Shown here piece after piece: positions 1 to 10,490 of a stretch of DNA of 64,000 nt. The stretch is from Escherichia coli (GTDB lineage: Bacteria; Pseudomonadota; Gammaproteobacteria; Enterobacterales; Enterobacteriaceae), in NCBI RefSeq assembly GCF_013122565.1, contig NZ_CP053258.1, one strand, 5' to 3'. Both the position numbers and the translations under genes were made by a program. The stretch's first letter is position 1. Each line of letters opens with the position of its first letter. Under the pieces are notes generated by a model, which saw nothing but the letters and a program-made list of their open reading frames with translations, made no database searches and had not been told where the DNA came from.

Positions 1-932
1 GTACCGATAATACCGTTGATTACCGAAAGGGTTTTGCTCGACATACCGGTAATGTTGGCGAAACCTAAACCCGACGCATAGAGTGCGTTATCGTTGGTGG
101 TCCAGATATTCAGCCCCAGCACCACAATCGCAGGCAGCAGCAGGCCCTGAGCAATCATCACATCAGAGATATCCGCCATCCCCAGTGCCGCCGCGCCCGC
201 TGCACCGAAAATAAACATCAACGAGTTGCCGAGGAAAAAGGCCACCATCGCCACCAGCACCGCCAGTTTGGCATTGCGACCAAACCGGACAAAGTCAGCG
301 GTGAGCGTACCCGCACTGATAAATGACCCCACAACCAGCGCCAGTGCGACATTGAAATCTAGCGGTTGTGCAGGAACGACCGCTTTTAAGGCGTCCAGAC
401 CGCCCATGCCGTTAACGGCCAGCCACACGGAATAACCACCAAGGCAGGCGATGGCCGGAACCGCAATCACCGAAAGAACGGTCAGCGCCGAAATACCAAA
501 GAACACGGTGACGGTCATCAGTAAACCGGAAACGGCAATCAGCAAATTAATATCCAGCCCAGTTGCCTTGCCCACCGGAATGGCAAACATCGCCACGCCA
601 ACGCCAAACCAGCCAACCTGGGTGCCGCCCAGCAGCAGTGAAGGCAGCCATGAGCCTTTAACACCAAACGAGAAGCGAGCAAGAAGATGGGTGGTCAGGC
701 CGGTTTTTGCGCCAATGTAACCAAGAAATGAAGTGTAAATACCGAGGAGAAGATTACCGATGAGAACTGCGAGGAAGAAATCATGATAGCTAAGACCGGT
801 TCCGAGAGTGCCGCCGGTCCACATACTGGCGGAAAAGAAGGTTAATCCCAGCATGACGAACGTCAATGCCAATACCCCTTTCCGCGCCGACTGCGGGACT
901 GGCCCCTGGCTAAAGTTGTTATCTTGCGACAC
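1..932 (-). CDS. codB: cytosine permease CodB, partial (3' end beyond window start)
   Basis: Reverse complement of 921-932 reads GTG-S-Q-D (MSQDNNFSQGP...); reverse complement of 1-80 reads ...ASGLGFANITGMSSKTLSVINGIIGT; no stop before window edge. Confidence 0.85.
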   Translation of the reverse strand, partial: MSQDNNFSQGPVPQSARKGVLALTFVMLGLTFFSASMWTGGTLGTGLSYHDFFLAVLIGNLLLGIYTSFLGYIGAKTGLTTHLLARFSFGVKGSWLPSLLLGGTQVGWFGVGVAMFAIPVGKATGLDINLLIAVSGLLMTVTVFFGISALTVLSVIAVPAIACLGGYSVWLAVNGMGGLDALKAVVPAQPLDFNVALALVVGSFISAGTLTADFVRFGRNAKLAVLVAMVAFFLGNSLMFIFGAAGAAALGMADISDVMIAQGLLLPAIVVLGLNIWTTNDNALYASGLGFANITGMSSKTLSVINGIIG

Positions 933-1096
933 GAAATTCCCCCTTTTTGCTGTTTGAAACCCAAAAAATCCGCCGCATTCTATTCATCTGAAGATAAAAA
1001 GCAATCGTTTTCGTGGGGAAATATATTTTTTATATGAATGAGTGCAAAAAGGTGGGGGAAAAATTATCGGTGTAAAAACAGTGGGCAGGCATAATA

Positions 1097-1162
1097 AGAC
1101 GCGGTAAGCGTCGCATCAGGCATCTGCGCATGGTGTCGGATGCGCCAGGCGACGCATCCGAC
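1097..1162. repeat. REP-type extragenic palindromes between codB and prpE
   Basis: GC-rich imperfect palindromes, including 10-bp stem gtcggatgcg/cgcatccgac at 1135-1162. Confidence 0.6.
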
Positions 1163-1168
1163 AATAAC

Positions 1169-3055
1169 CTACTCTTCCATCGCCTGGCGGATCTGATCCA
1201 ACGACGCAGGATCATCAATGGTTGTCAGATCCCCAGGATCGCGTCCTTCACAAATCGCCTGGATCGTGCGCCGCAGCATTTTTCCGGATCGCGTTTTTGG
1301 CAATTGCGAGACAAACCAGACGTGCGCCGGCCGGCCAAAGTTGCCAATCTGGCTGTCCACCAGCGCCATAATCGCCTTCTCTTGCGAGTGCGCCACCTCG
1401 CGGTCTTCCAGACTGTCGCTCTCTTTCGGAATGACAAACGCCAGCGCCACCTGCCCTTTCAGCGCATCTTTCACCCCAACCACCGCCACTTCGGCAACGC
1501 CCGGATGACTGGAGATACTCTCTTCAATCTCGCGCGTCCCCAGCCGATGCCCGGCAACGTTAATCACATCGTCAGTGCGCCCGAGAATAAAGTGATAACC
1601 GTCAGCATCGCGGATACCCCAGTCAAAGGTGGCGTACACCGGACGGGAAAACAGCGACCAGTACGTCTTCACAAAGCGGTCGTCGTCGCCCCAGATGGTC
1701 TGAATACACCCCGGCGGCAGCGGCCCTTCCACCACCAGCATCCCTTTCTCGTTGACGCCGCACGGTTCGCCGGTGACTTCATTAAGCAACTGCACGTTAT
1801 AGCCATACATCGGCACGCCGGGGCTACCCAGACGCGTCGGCCTGTCGTCCAGACCGCGAGCAATCGCCATAATCGGCCAGCCGGATTCGGTCTGCCAGTA
1901 GTTGTCGATGACCGGCACATCCAGCGTATTGCTCACCCAACTGGCGGTCGGCTCGTCCAGCGGTTCTCCAGCCAGATAGAGCACTTCCAGCGACGAGAGA
2001 TCGTGTTTGCGAATTTCAGCGGTAGGGAATTTTTTCAGCACGCGAATGGCGGTCGGCGCTGAAAACATCCGGCTAACCTGATATTTCTCGACGATTTTCC
2101 ACCACACACCGCAGTCCGGCCAGGTCGGCAATCCTTCGTAAACGATAGTCGCCATCCCCGCCAGCAGCGGCGCGTAGACGATATACGAATGCCCCACCAC
2201 CCAGCCGATATCCGAGGCGCAAAAAAACACGCCGCCCGCTTTGCCGCCAAAAATGGTGTCCATCGAGGTCGCCAGCGCCACCGCATATCCGCCGACGTCA
2301 CGCTGCACGCCTTTAGGTTTGCCGGTCGTGCCGGAGGTGTAGAGAATGCAGGAGGTTTCGTTGGATTCCAGCCACGCCACCGGTACCCGTGCGCCGATGT
2401 GTTGATGGCGCAACGACGCGAAATCGACATCCCGCCCGCTGACGCGCGCCATTTTCGCCAGCCCGCGATCCACCAGCAAAACGTGGCGCGGCTGATGCTG
2501 CGCCTGACTTATCGCATCGTCGAGCAATTTTTTATAGGGAATGATTTTGCCACCGCGCGCCCCGGCATCAGCCGAGACAATCAGCACCGGTTTAGCGTCA
2601 TCAATTCGCGCCGCCACGCTGTGCGAGGCAAATCCCCCAAACACCACCGAATGAATAGCGCCAATGCGCGCGCAGGCCAGCAGAGTAATATGCGCTTCGG
2701 CAATCATCGGCATATACACCAGCACCCGATCGCCACGCTGCACGCCCAGCGAGCGCAGCATTGACGCCACCGCGTTCACTTCGTCATGCAGCTGGCGAAA
2801 GGTAAAGGTGCGCTCTTCTTCTGTTTCCGAAGAGACGGCAATCAGCGCCAGCGCCTCTGGCTGTTTCTCCAGCCAGCGGTCGATAGCGTTGTGGCACAAG
2901 TTGGTTCGGCCTTCACAAAACCAACGGGCAAACGGCGGATTGCTGTGATCAAGCGTTTGCGTAAAGGGCATCTGCCAGTCAATACGCCGGGCCTGCTCGG
3001 CCCAGAACTGCTCCGGTTCGTTAATCGAACGCTGATAAAATTCGCTAAAAGACAT
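1169..3055 (-). CDS. prpE: propionyl-CoA synthetase (acyl-CoA synthetase family)
   Basis: 628-aa ORF MSFSEFYQRSINEPEQFWAEQARRIDWQ...; AMP-binding motif YTSGTTGKPKG. Confidence 0.93.
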   Translation of the reverse strand: MSFSEFYQRSINEPEQFWAEQARRIDWQMPFTQTLDHSNPPFARWFCEGRTNLCHNAIDRWLEKQPEALALIAVSSETEEERTFTFRQLHDEVNAVASMLRSLGVQRGDRVLVYMPMIAEAHITLLACARIGAIHSVVFGGFASHSVAARIDDAKPVLIVSADAGARGGKIIPYKKLLDDAISQAQHQPRHVLLVDRGLAKMARVSGRDVDFASLRHQHIGARVPVAWLESNETSCILYTSGTTGKPKGVQRDVGGYAVALATSMDTIFGGKAGGVFFCASDIGWVVGHSYIVYAPLLAGMATIVYEGLPTWPDCGVWWKIVEKYQVSRMFSAPTAIRVLKKFPTAEIRKHDLSSLEVLYLAGEPLDEPTASWVSNTLDVPVIDNYWQTESGWPIMAIARGLDDRPTRLGSPGVPMYGYNVQLLNEVTGEPCGVNEKGMLVVEGPLPPGCIQTIWGDDDRFVKTYWSLFSRPVYATFDWGIRDADGYHFILGRTDDVINVAGHRLGTREIEESISSHPGVAEVAVVGVKDALKGQVALAFVIPKESDSLEDREVAHSQEKAIMALVDSQIGNFGRPAHVWFVSQLPKTRSGKMLRRTIQAICEGRDPGDLTTIDDPASLDQIRQAMEE

Positions 3056-3094
3056 AATGCTCTCCTGTTGAACTTACGCCTTACCGCTGTTTGC

Positions 3095-4546
3095 TTAAAT
3101 GACGTACAGGTCGAGATACTCATTGACCGGCATCTGTTCCAGGCGAGTTCTGTCGAGAGAAACCTCCAGAATGCGCTGCTGTTGGCGAGTCGGGAACTGG
3201 CGCGCGAGATTGATTTTGAATTTATCCACCAGTTTCGGTATACCATCCTGACGGCGGCGAGCATGACCAATTGGGTAGTCCACCACCACTTCTTCAAATC
3301 GTGTGCCGTCGGTGAACTCAAGGGTTATGGCATTGGCGATGGCACGTTTTTCCGGGTCGTGGTAGTCAGCGGTAAATGCCGGATCTTCAAAGCAATTGAT
3401 CTTCTCGCGCAGGGCATCAATGCGTTTATCTTGCGCAACGTTGTCTTCGTAATCTGCCGCCGTTAAGCGCCCGAATAACAGCGGGATCGCCACCATGTAC
3501 TGAATGCAGTGGTCGCGGTCTGCCGGGTTATTGAGCGGCCCTTTTTTGTCGATGATGCGAATACAGGCTTCGTGGGTGCGAATGGTCACTTTTTCGATAT
3601 CTGCCGCCGTTTTGCCTGCGGCCTGCATCTGTTCATAGAGCGTCATCGCCGCTTCAACTGCCGTCTGGGAGTGGAACTCCGCCGGGAAGGAGATTTTGAA
3701 CAGCACATTTTCCATGACGTAAGAACCGTACGGGCGCTGGAAGCGGAACGACTCACCTTTAAAGGAGACGTCGTAGAAGCCCCACACCGGCGCGGTCAGG
3801 GCTGACGGGTAACCCATTTCGCCCGTTTTCGCCATCAGTGCCAGACGTACCGCGCGGGAAGTGGCATCGCCCGCCGCCCAGGATTTACGCGTGCCGGTGT
3901 TCGGCGCATGGCGATAGGTGCGCAGCGACTGACCGTCCACCCACGCCAGCGAAACGGCGTTGAGAATTTCCTCGCGGGTCAGACCGAGCATTTCGGCGAC
4001 CACGGCGGTGGAAGCCACTTTCACTAACAGAACGTGGTCGAGGCCAACGCGGTTAAAGGAGTTTTCCAGCGCGATGCAGCCCTGAATTTCATGGGCTTTG
4101 ATCATTCCGGTCAGCACCTGTTTCATGGTCAACGGCGCTTTGCCGCTGGCAACCGCGTTGCGCGAAAGCCAGTCCGCCGTTGCCAGAATGCCGCCGAGGT
4201 TGTCGGAAGGATGGCCCCACTCCGCCGCCAGCCAGGTATCGTTGAAATCGAGCCAGCGGATCATCGCGCCAATGTTAAATGCCGCCTGGACGGGGTCGAG
4301 CTGGAACTGAGTTCCGGGGACGCGCACGCCGTTAGGTACGACAGTGCCGGGGACAATTGGCCCCAGCAGTTTTTTACAGGCCGGGTATTCGAGAGCTTCA
4401 AGACCGCAGCCGAGAGTGTCGAGCAGGCAGTAATGGGCGGTGTCGTAGGCTACTCTGGAGCTGATTTCGTAGTTCATCACGTAATCGACGATATCAACGA
4501 TTTCACGATCAAATTCCGGGCGGATGTTGTTGATTTGAGCTGACAT
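3095..4546 (-). CDS. prpD: 2-methylcitrate dehydratase
   Basis: 483-aa [26 protein letters not shown]...; operon position between prpE and prpC. Confidence 0.93.
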   Translation of the reverse strand: MSAQINNIRPEFDREIVDIVDYVMNYEISSRVAYDTAHYCLLDTLGCGLEALEYPACKKLLGPIVPGTVVPNGVRVPGTQFQLDPVQAAFNIGAMIRWLDFNDTWLAAEWGHPSDNLGGILATADWLSRNAVASGKAPLTMKQVLTGMIKAHEIQGCIALENSFNRVGLDHVLLVKVASTAVVAEMLGLTREEILNAVSLAWVDGQSLRTYRHAPNTGTRKSWAAGDATSRAVRLALMAKTGEMGYPSALTAPVWGFYDVSFKGESFRFQRPYGSYVMENVLFKISFPAEFHSQTAVEAAMTLYEQMQAAGKTAADIEKVTIRTHEACIRIIDKKGPLNNPADRDHCIQYMVAIPLLFGRLTAADYEDNVAQDKRIDALREKINCFEDPAFTADYHDPEKRAIANAITLEFTDGTRFEEVVVDYPIGHARRRQDGIPKLVDKFKINLARQFPTRQQQRILEVSLDRTRLEQMPVNEYLDLYVI

Positions 4547-4579
4547 TGGGTACGTTTCCTTATTGTTATTCGTAGAGGT

Positions 4580-5749
4580 TTACTGGCGCTTATCCAGCGC
4601 GACAAACTGGCGGTCTTCCGGTCCAACATAATTGGCGGAAGGACGGATAATTTTGTTGTCCTGACGTTGTTCAATGATGTGTGCCGCCCAGCCGGTGACG
4701 CGGGCGATAACAAACAGTGGGGTGAACATCTCGGTGGGAACGCCCATCATGTTGTAGGAAACAGCAGAGAACCAGTCGAGATTGGGGAACATCTTTTTAC
4801 TCTCCCACATCACCGTTTCCAGGCGATCGGCGATGTTGTACATCTTCAGCGAACCGCCTTCCTGCGAGAGCTGCTTCGCCACGCGTTTGATCACCTGATG
4901 ACGCGGGTCGGCGATGGTGTAAACCGGATGACCAAAACCAATGACCACTTCTTTGTTTTCCACGCGCTTGCGGATATCTGCTTCGGCTTCGTCCGGCGTT
5001 TCGTAGCGTTGTTGGATCTCCAGCGACACTTCATTCGCCCCGCCGTGTTTCGGCCCGCGCAGTGCGCCAATCGCGCCAATAATCGCGGAATACATATCAG
5101 AGCCAGTGCCCGCAATCACCCGACTGGTAAAGGTGGAAGCGTTAAACTCGTGTTCGGCGTACAGCACCAGCGAAATATGCATCGCCTTTTCCCAGCTTTG
5201 CGACGGCTTTTCGCCATGCAGCAGATGCAGGAAGTGACCGCCGATGGAGTCGTCATCGGTTTCCGGCTGGATACGTTCGCCGTTATGGCTGTAGTGATAC
5301 CAATAAAGGAGAATCGAGCTAAGTGATGCCAGCAGTTTGTCGGCAATATCCCGCGCGCCAGAGACGGTATGTCCCTCTTTTTCTGGCAGCGTGCAGCCGA
5401 GCGCGGAAACGCCGGTGCGCATAACATCCATCGGGTGCGACGCCGCCGGTAAGGCTTCCAGCACGGTACGCACGTTAGCCGGTAAACCGCGCAGGGCTTT
5501 CAGTTTCGTTTTGTAGGCGGCGAGTTCGTCACGGGTCGGCAGTTTGCCGTGGATCAGCAGATGCGCCACTTCTTCAAATTCGCAATGTTCCGCCAGATCA
5601 AGAATGTCGTAGCCGCGGTAATGCAAGTCATTGCCGCTTTTACCCACGGTGCAGAGCGCCGTATTGCCCGCCGGAACGCCGGAAAGTGCTACCGATTTTT
5701 TCGGTTTAATGACATGGGTACTGTTTTGCAGGATCGTTGTGTCGCTCAT
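4580..5749 (-). CDS. prpC: 2-methylcitrate synthase
   Basis: ORF track gives 431 aa from an upstream in-frame start running through REP sequence; the start at [18 protein letters not shown] gives 389 aa. Confidence 0.9.
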   Translation of the reverse strand: MSDTTILQNSTHVIKPKKSVALSGVPAGNTALCTVGKSGNDLHYRGYDILDLAEHCEFEEVAHLLIHGKLPTRDELAAYKTKLKALRGLPANVRTVLEALPAASHPMDVMRTGVSALGCTLPEKEGHTVSGARDIADKLLASLSSILLYWYHYSHNGERIQPETDDDSIGGHFLHLLHGEKPSQSWEKAMHISLVLYAEHEFNASTFTSRVIAGTGSDMYSAIIGAIGALRGPKHGGANEVSLEIQQRYETPDEAEADIRKRVENKEVVIGFGHPVYTIADPRHQVIKRVAKQLSQEGGSLKMYNIADRLETVMWESKKMFPNLDWFSAVSYNMMGVPTEMFTPLFVIARVTGWAAHIIEQRQDNKIIRPSANYVGPEDRQFVALDKRQ

Positions 5750-5789
5750 GTTGTCCTCGTCATTGTTATCATTTGTAGGGTCGAGATTG

Positions 5790-5876
5790 TTGTCGGATGC
5801 GACGCTATGCGTCTTATCCGACAGTTCAGTGCATCCCGTAGGCCTGATAAGTCGCGTCAGCGGCGCATCAGGCATC
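5790..5876. repeat. REP/BIME elements in prpB-prpC intergenic region
   Basis: Two REP-like GC-rich palindromic units (tgtcggatgcgacgc..., gtaggcctgataag...cgcatcaggca). Confidence 0.6.
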
Positions 5877-5906
5877 GGTTATCGAATACAACCAACGGGC
5901 GTTTTT

Positions 5907-6797
5907 TTATTTCGCCTGGCTACGGGCAAACAGGTCGTCGAGCTTCTCTTCGTACTGGTAGTAGTTGATGCTTTCGTACAGCTCGTTGCGGGTTTGCATG
6001 GTGTCGATGACACTTTTCTGCGTGCCTTCCTGACGCAGGACGTTGTAGACATGTTCAGCGGCGCGGTTCATGGCACGGAACGCTGAAAGCGGGTACAGCG
6101 CCATTGCGACATGGGCGCTGCGTAATTCGTCGGTGGTAAACAGCGGTGTTGCGCCAAATTCGGTAATATTGGCGAGGATCGGCACCTGCACCGCATCGGC
6201 AAACTGGCGGTACATGGCGAGTTCGGTAATTGCTTCCGGGAACAACATCTCGGCACCCGCTTCAACATAGGCCTGCGCACGCTCAATCGCCGCATCCAGT
6301 CCTTCAACCGCCAGCGCATCGGTGCGCGCCATGATCACAAAATCAGGATCGGTTTTCGCATCCACCGCCGCACGGATCCGATCCACCATTTCCTCTTTCG
6401 AGACGATCGCTTTGTTCGGACGATGACCGCAGCGTTTCGCGCCAACCTGATCTTCAATATGCAATCCTGCCGCACCGGCTTTAATCATCGATTTCACGGT
6501 ACGCGCCACGTTAAAGGCCGAAGAACCAAAACCGATATCCGCATCCACCAGCAGCGGCAGCGAACAAACGTCGGTGATACGGCGAATATCAGTCAGCACA
6601 TCATCAAGAGTAGAAATACCGAGATCGGGCAGCCCCAGCGACCCTGCCGCCACGCCACCGCCGGAAAGATAAATTGCCTGATATCCGGCACGCTGCGCCA
6701 ACAGCGCATGGTTGGCGTTAATGGTGCCAACAATCTGCAATGGATTTTCTTTAGTCAGTGCAGCGCGAAACGCTTTACCTGGAGAGTGTAGAGACAT
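5907..6797 (-). CDS. prpB: 2-methylisocitrate lyase
   Basis: 296-aa [51 protein letters not shown]... Confidence 0.93.
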   Translation of the reverse strand: MSLHSPGKAFRAALTKENPLQIVGTINANHALLAQRAGYQAIYLSGGGVAAGSLGLPDLGISTLDDVLTDIRRITDVCSLPLLVDADIGFGSSAFNVARTVKSMIKAGAAGLHIEDQVGAKRCGHRPNKAIVSKEEMVDRIRAAVDAKTDPDFVIMARTDALAVEGLDAAIERAQAYVEAGAEMLFPEAITELAMYRQFADAVQVPILANITEFGATPLFTTDELRSAHVAMALYPLSAFRAMNRAAEHVYNVLRQEGTQKSVIDTMQTRNELYESINYYQYEEKLDDLFARSQAK

Positions 6798-6841
6798 AGC
6801 CCATCCTTTGTTATCAACTTGTTATTTTCGTTGATAAAGAC

Positions 6842-6862
6842 AAAGCAAGGGGTGTGCCACAA
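6842..6862 (-). promoter_or_regulatory. sigma-54 (-24/-12) promoter of prpBCDE
   Basis: Minus strand reads TGGCAC-acccc-TTGC (reverse complement of 6845-6859), a match to the TGGCAC-N5-TTGC consensus about 50 nt upstream of prpB start; PrpR is a sigma-54 activator. Confidence 0.75.
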
Positions 6863-7035
6863 TTGCCTTAATAAAATTAAATCTTTAATTTCAATTTGTT
6901 AGAGATAAAGTCATGAACTAATCCGCAAATATGCGTTTCAGTTAACGTTTCAGGCAATGTTTCACCGCGTTTCATTGCAACAATTATGAAACAAGACTAA
7001 ACCCAATATTCGGTTTCTTAACTTTGCGGTGCGCT

Positions 7036-8622
7036 ATGGCACATCCACCACGGCTTAATGACGACAAACCGGTTATCTGGACGGTATCTGTAACGCGCCT
7101 GTTCGAGCTGTTTCGCGATATCAGCCTCGAGTTTGATCACCTGGCGAACATTACCCCTATTCAGCTTGGCTTTGAAAAAGCAGTGACCTATATCCGCAAG
7201 AAACTGGCAAACGAACGCTGCGACGCCATCATCGCTGCTGGCTCTAACGGCGCGTACCTGAAAAGCCGCCTGTCAGTGCCAGTTATTTTGATTAAACCGA
7301 GCGGCTACGATGTGTTACAGGCACTGGCAAAAGCCGGAAAGCTCACCTCTTCTATCGGCGTTGTCACTTATCAGGAAACTATTCCGGCACTGGTGGCGTT
7401 TCAAAAAACCTTTAACTTGCGCCTCGATCAACGTAGCTACATTACCGAGGAAGACGCACGCGGGCAGATTAACGAGCTGAAAGCTAACGGCACCGAAGCG
7501 GTGGTCGGCGCGGGGCTGATTACCGATCTGGCAGAAGAAGCCGGAATGACCGGAATTTTTATCTATTCCGCCGCCACCGTGCGCCAGGCATTCAGCGATG
7601 CGCTGGATATGACGCGCATGTCGTTACGCCATAACACTCACGATGCCACCCGCAACGCCCTGCGTACTCGTTACGTGCTGGGCGATATGCTCGGTCAATC
7701 ACCACAGATGGAACAGGTGCGGCAGACTATTTTGCTGTATGCCCGCTCCAGTGCAGCGGTGTTGATTGAGGGGGAAACGGGGACGGGCAAAGAGCTGGCG
7801 GCCCAGGCGATTCATCGGGAATATTTTGCCCGCCACGATGCGCGACAGGGCAAAAAGTCGCATCCGTTTGTTGCCGTCAACTGCGGGGCGATTGCCGAAT
7901 CGCTGCTGGAAGCAGAGCTGTTTGGCTATGAGGAAGGGGCGTTCACCGGCTCGCGACGCGGAGGTCGCGCCGGGCTGTTCGAAATTGCCCACGGCGGTAC
8001 GCTGTTTCTGGATGAGATTGGCGAAATGCCGCTACCTTTGCAGACTCGCCTGTTACGGGTGCTGGAAGAAAAAGAGGTCACCCGCGTCGGCGGGCATCAG
8101 CCTGTTCCGGTAGATGTACGGGTCATTAGCGCCACTCACTGCAATCTGGAAGAAGATATGCAGCAAGGACGTTTTCGCCGTGATCTGTTTTATCGGCTGA
8201 GTATTTTGCGTCTGCAATTGCCACCACTCCGCGAGCGGGTGGCGGATATTCTGCCGCTGGCGGAAAGCTTTTTGAAAGTGTCTCTGGCGGCGCTCTCCGC
8301 CCCGTTTTCTGCCGCATTACGCCAGGGATTACAGGCAAGCGAAACCGTGCTGATGCACTACGACTGGCCGGGCAATATTCGTGAACTGCGCAATATGATG
8401 GAGCGACTGGCGCTGTTTTTAAGTGTGGAACCGACGCCGGATTTAACGCCGCAATTTTTGCAATTGCTACTGCCGGAACTGGCGCGCGAGTCGGCGAAAA
8501 TTCCCGCTCCACGCTTACTGACACCACAACAGGCACTGGAGAAATTTAATGGCGATAAAACAGCAGCGGCGAATTATTTAGGTATCAGCCGGACGACGTT
8601 CTGGCGGCGGCTGAAAAGCTGA
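7036..8622 (+). CDS. prpR: sigma-54-dependent propionate catabolism activator PrpR
   Basis: Start taken at [15 protein letters not shown] (ORF track begins 12 nt earlier at TTG); AAA+ motifs GETGTGKE and GAFTGS; C-terminal HTH. Confidence 0.9.
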   Translation: MAHPPRLNDDKPVIWTVSVTRLFELFRDISLEFDHLANITPIQLGFEKAVTYIRKKLANERCDAIIAAGSNGAYLKSRLSVPVILIKPSGYDVLQALAKAGKLTSSIGVVTYQETIPALVAFQKTFNLRLDQRSYITEEDARGQINELKANGTEAVVGAGLITDLAEEAGMTGIFIYSAATVRQAFSDALDMTRMSLRHNTHDATRNALRTRYVLGDMLGQSPQMEQVRQTILLYARSSAAVLIEGETGTGKELAAQAIHREYFARHDARQGKKSHPFVAVNCGAIAESLLEAELFGYEEGAFTGSRRGGRAGLFEIAHGGTLFLDEIGEMPLPLQTRLLRVLEEKEVTRVGGHQPVPVDVRVISATHCNLEEDMQQGRFRRDLFYRLSILRLQLPPLRERVADILPLAESFLKVSLAALSAPFSAALRQGLQASETVLMHYDWPGNIRELRNMMERLALFLSVEPTPDLTPQFLQLLLPELARESAKIPAPRLLTPQQALEKFNGDKTAAANYLGISRTTFWRRLKS

Positions 8623-8625
8623 ACT

Positions 8626-8655
8626 GCCGAATGCAGCGCGAACGCTTTATCCGGC
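8626..8655. repeat. REP-like palindrome downstream of prpR
   Basis: gccgaatgcagcgcgaacgctttatccggc resembles REP consensus with a few mismatches. Confidence 0.5.
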
Positions 8656-8722
8656 ATAAATTTCAATAGATGATGATCGCCGATAAACTTACGCATCGGG
8701 CATGTTTATATAGGGTTCAGAA

Positions 8723-8998
8723 TTACTTCTTCTTATAAATATCCGCCGTGCCGTGGATCTTATTGTCAGTTTGACCAGAGGTCAGCACCAACACATCAGC
8801 CCCTTTTTCATCGGCTTTTTTGATTAAATCTTCTTTTGCATCTGCAGTCGACATTTCATTACTGGTTGAAATATCACCTATTTTTTCATACTGCGATGCA
8901 ACTTTTTCAAATTCCGCTTTGGTCATCAATTCAGCGGCATAGACATTGGCAACGGCAAACGCTAACGCACCGACTAACATTTTAGAGATTATTTTCAT
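8723..8998 (-). CDS. yahO: small periplasmic DUF1471 (YdgH/BhsA/McbA family) protein YahO
   Basis: 91 aa, signal peptide [22 protein letters not shown]-terminal ...[13 protein letters not shown]. Confidence 0.85.
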   Translation of the reverse strand: MKIISKMLVGALAFAVANVYAAELMTKAEFEKVASQYEKIGDISTSNEMSTADAKEDLIKKADEKGADVLVLTSGQTDNKIHGTADIYKKK

Positions 8999-9144
8999 AT
9001 TACGGCTCCAGAGTTGTTATCACACTATCACCCACCCACATTATTGGGTTGATTAATAATTAGTTCAGTCAGGGCATAAACGCCAGTAACCGGAAATAAG
9101 ACACTTTGTGATCTCTCTCGCACCCGATTAGTTTTGGTAGAAAT

Positions 9145-9816
9145 ATGATGAAGTTAGTTCACTTATTTATGGATGAAATCACTATGGATCCTTTGCACGC
9201 CGTTTACCTGACCGTAGGACTGTTCGTGATTACTTTTTTTAATCCGGGAGCCAATCTCTTTGTGGTAGTACAAACCAGCCTGGCTTCCGGTCGACGCGCA
9301 GGGGTGCTGACCGGGCTGGGCGTGGCGCTGGGCGATGCATTTTATTCCGGGTTGGGTTTGTTTGGTCTTGCAACACTAATTACGCAGTGTGAGGAGATTT
9401 TTTCGCTTATCAGAATCGTCGGCGGCGCTTATCTCTTATGGTTTGCGTGGTGCAGCATGCGCCGCCAGTCAACACCGCAAATGAGCACACTACAACAACC
9501 GATTAACGCACCCTGGTATGTCTTTTTTCGCCGCGGATTAATTACCGATCTCTCTAACCCGCAAACCGTTTTATTTTTTATCAGTATTTTCTCAGTAACA
9601 TTAAATGCCGAAACACCAACATGGGCTCGTTTAATGGCCTGGGCGGGGATTGTGCTCGCATCAATTATCTGGCGAGTCTTTCTTAGTCAGGCGTTTTCTT
9701 TGCCCGCTGTGCGTCGTGCTTATGGGCGTATGCAACGCGTTGCCAGTCGGGTTATTGGTGCAATTATTGGTGTATTCGCGCTACGCCTGATTTACGAAGG
9801 GGTGACCCAGCGGTGA
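9145..9816 (+). CDS. yahN: LysE/RhtB-family amino acid exporter YahN
   Basis: 223-aa polytopic membrane ORF MMKLVHLFMDEITMDPLHAVYLTVGLFVITFFNPGANLF... Confidence 0.85.
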   Translation: MMKLVHLFMDEITMDPLHAVYLTVGLFVITFFNPGANLFVVVQTSLASGRRAGVLTGLGVALGDAFYSGLGLFGLATLITQCEEIFSLIRIVGGAYLLWFAWCSMRRQSTPQMSTLQQPINAPWYVFFRRGLITDLSNPQTVLFFISIFSVTLNAETPTWARLMAWAGIVLASIIWRVFLSQAFSLPAVRRAYGRMQRVASRVIGAIIGVFALRLIYEGVTQR

Positions 9817-9832
9817 GCAGATAATTTACTCT

Positions 9833-10078
9833 CTACGTAATCAACCTGATTTGCCGAATCCCGACCATCGGCGATGATAGCCCCCGTAATGCGTGGTCCT
9901 TATTTCCGATAAGTTTACTTGAGTCTTTAGCTTCCCATTTCAGCCCACTCTCCCCTGTGTGGGCTTTTTTCATTGGTCTGACCCGTCCTGAATAGCCAAA
10001 CAATGGCAATGTTCCACTTTGCAGGGATGATAATAAGGGGATCTGATTCAGAAGAGTTTTGAAAAGTTGGACCGCCAT
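9833..10078 (-). CDS. yahM: small hypothetical protein (81 aa from internal Met; yahM position)
   Basis: ORF track 9833..10108; assignment by position and length only; contains the yahN terminator and overlaps a tRNA-like element, so coding status is doubtful. Confidence 0.4.
   Translation of the reverse strand: MAVQLFKTLLNQIPLLSSLQSGTLPLFGYSGRVRPMKKAHTGESGLKWEAKDSSKLIGNKDHALRGLSSPMVGIRQIRLIT
9943..9970 (+). terminator. rho-independent terminator downstream of yahN
   Basis: Stem gcccac/gtgggc with 10-nt loop followed by TTTTTT. Confidence 0.6.
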
Positions 10079-10148
10079 CGAGGCCTCGAACCCCGTACCA
10101 TACAACAATCCTGGTTGTCGTCTGCTCTTCCTGATGAGCTAATGGCGG
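10068..10148 (-). other. tRNA-like element (possible tRNA pseudogene or relic attachment site)
   Basis: Minus strand: acceptor stem CCGCCAT/ATGGCGG (7 bp), D-arm GCTC-ATCAGGAA-GAGC, T-arm CGGGG-TTCGAGG-CCTCG, encoded CCA; anticodon region atypical (ACAAC-CAGGATT-GTTGT, A at position 33) with extra nucleotides. Confidence 0.5.
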
Positions 10149-10490
10149 TTTTTGATATGAGCCTTACAGCATATTTTCTGTCAGGCTTGAGTGCGATGCG
10201 TAAGATACAGAAAAGACCCCACACAAACATGATGGAATTATGATTTTTTTCATATGAATGTCAACCCACACATTCACAAAACATCTGCATAAGATCATTT
10301 TTTATACCCCGCATGGCTGCGAAACCACTGCTGGTGCTTTTTTAAGCGAATTGTCGCCGATCACAACAAAATATCGGCGAAAAAAGAGATGGAATGCCAG
10401 TTAGCATACAGATATACAGATGAAATGATTACCTGCATTGCGATTCACTCTCTGGTGGAATAACAACTTGCAGGTGGAACCCTTTCTGAA

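Noticed and set aside
1130-2062. Long antisense ORFs inside prpE and other genes (for example 1130..2062 +, 2189..2764 +, 14540..15547 +, 16132..16806 +, 28730..29239 -, 56092..56766 -, 62529..63026 -)
   Set aside because: They lie entirely within well-recognised genes on the opposite strand, have Arg/Pro/His-rich low-complexity translations and no ribosome-binding sites; they are shadow ORFs of GC-rich coding DNA.
4580-5875. N-terminal extensions given by the ORF track (prpC 431 aa, yahI 355 aa, yahB 330 aa, proB 396 aa, gmhA 246 aa, prfH 232 aa, yahK 372 aa)
   Set aside because: The extensions run through REP elements or upstream intergenic DNA; internal Met starts reproduce the protein N-termini and lengths I recognise, so the shorter genes were reported.
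10068-10148. Calling the tRNA-like element a functional tRNA gene
   Set aside because: The anticodon loop lacks the conserved U33 and purine-37 and the arm spacing is non-canonical; reported as tRNA-like or pseudogene only.
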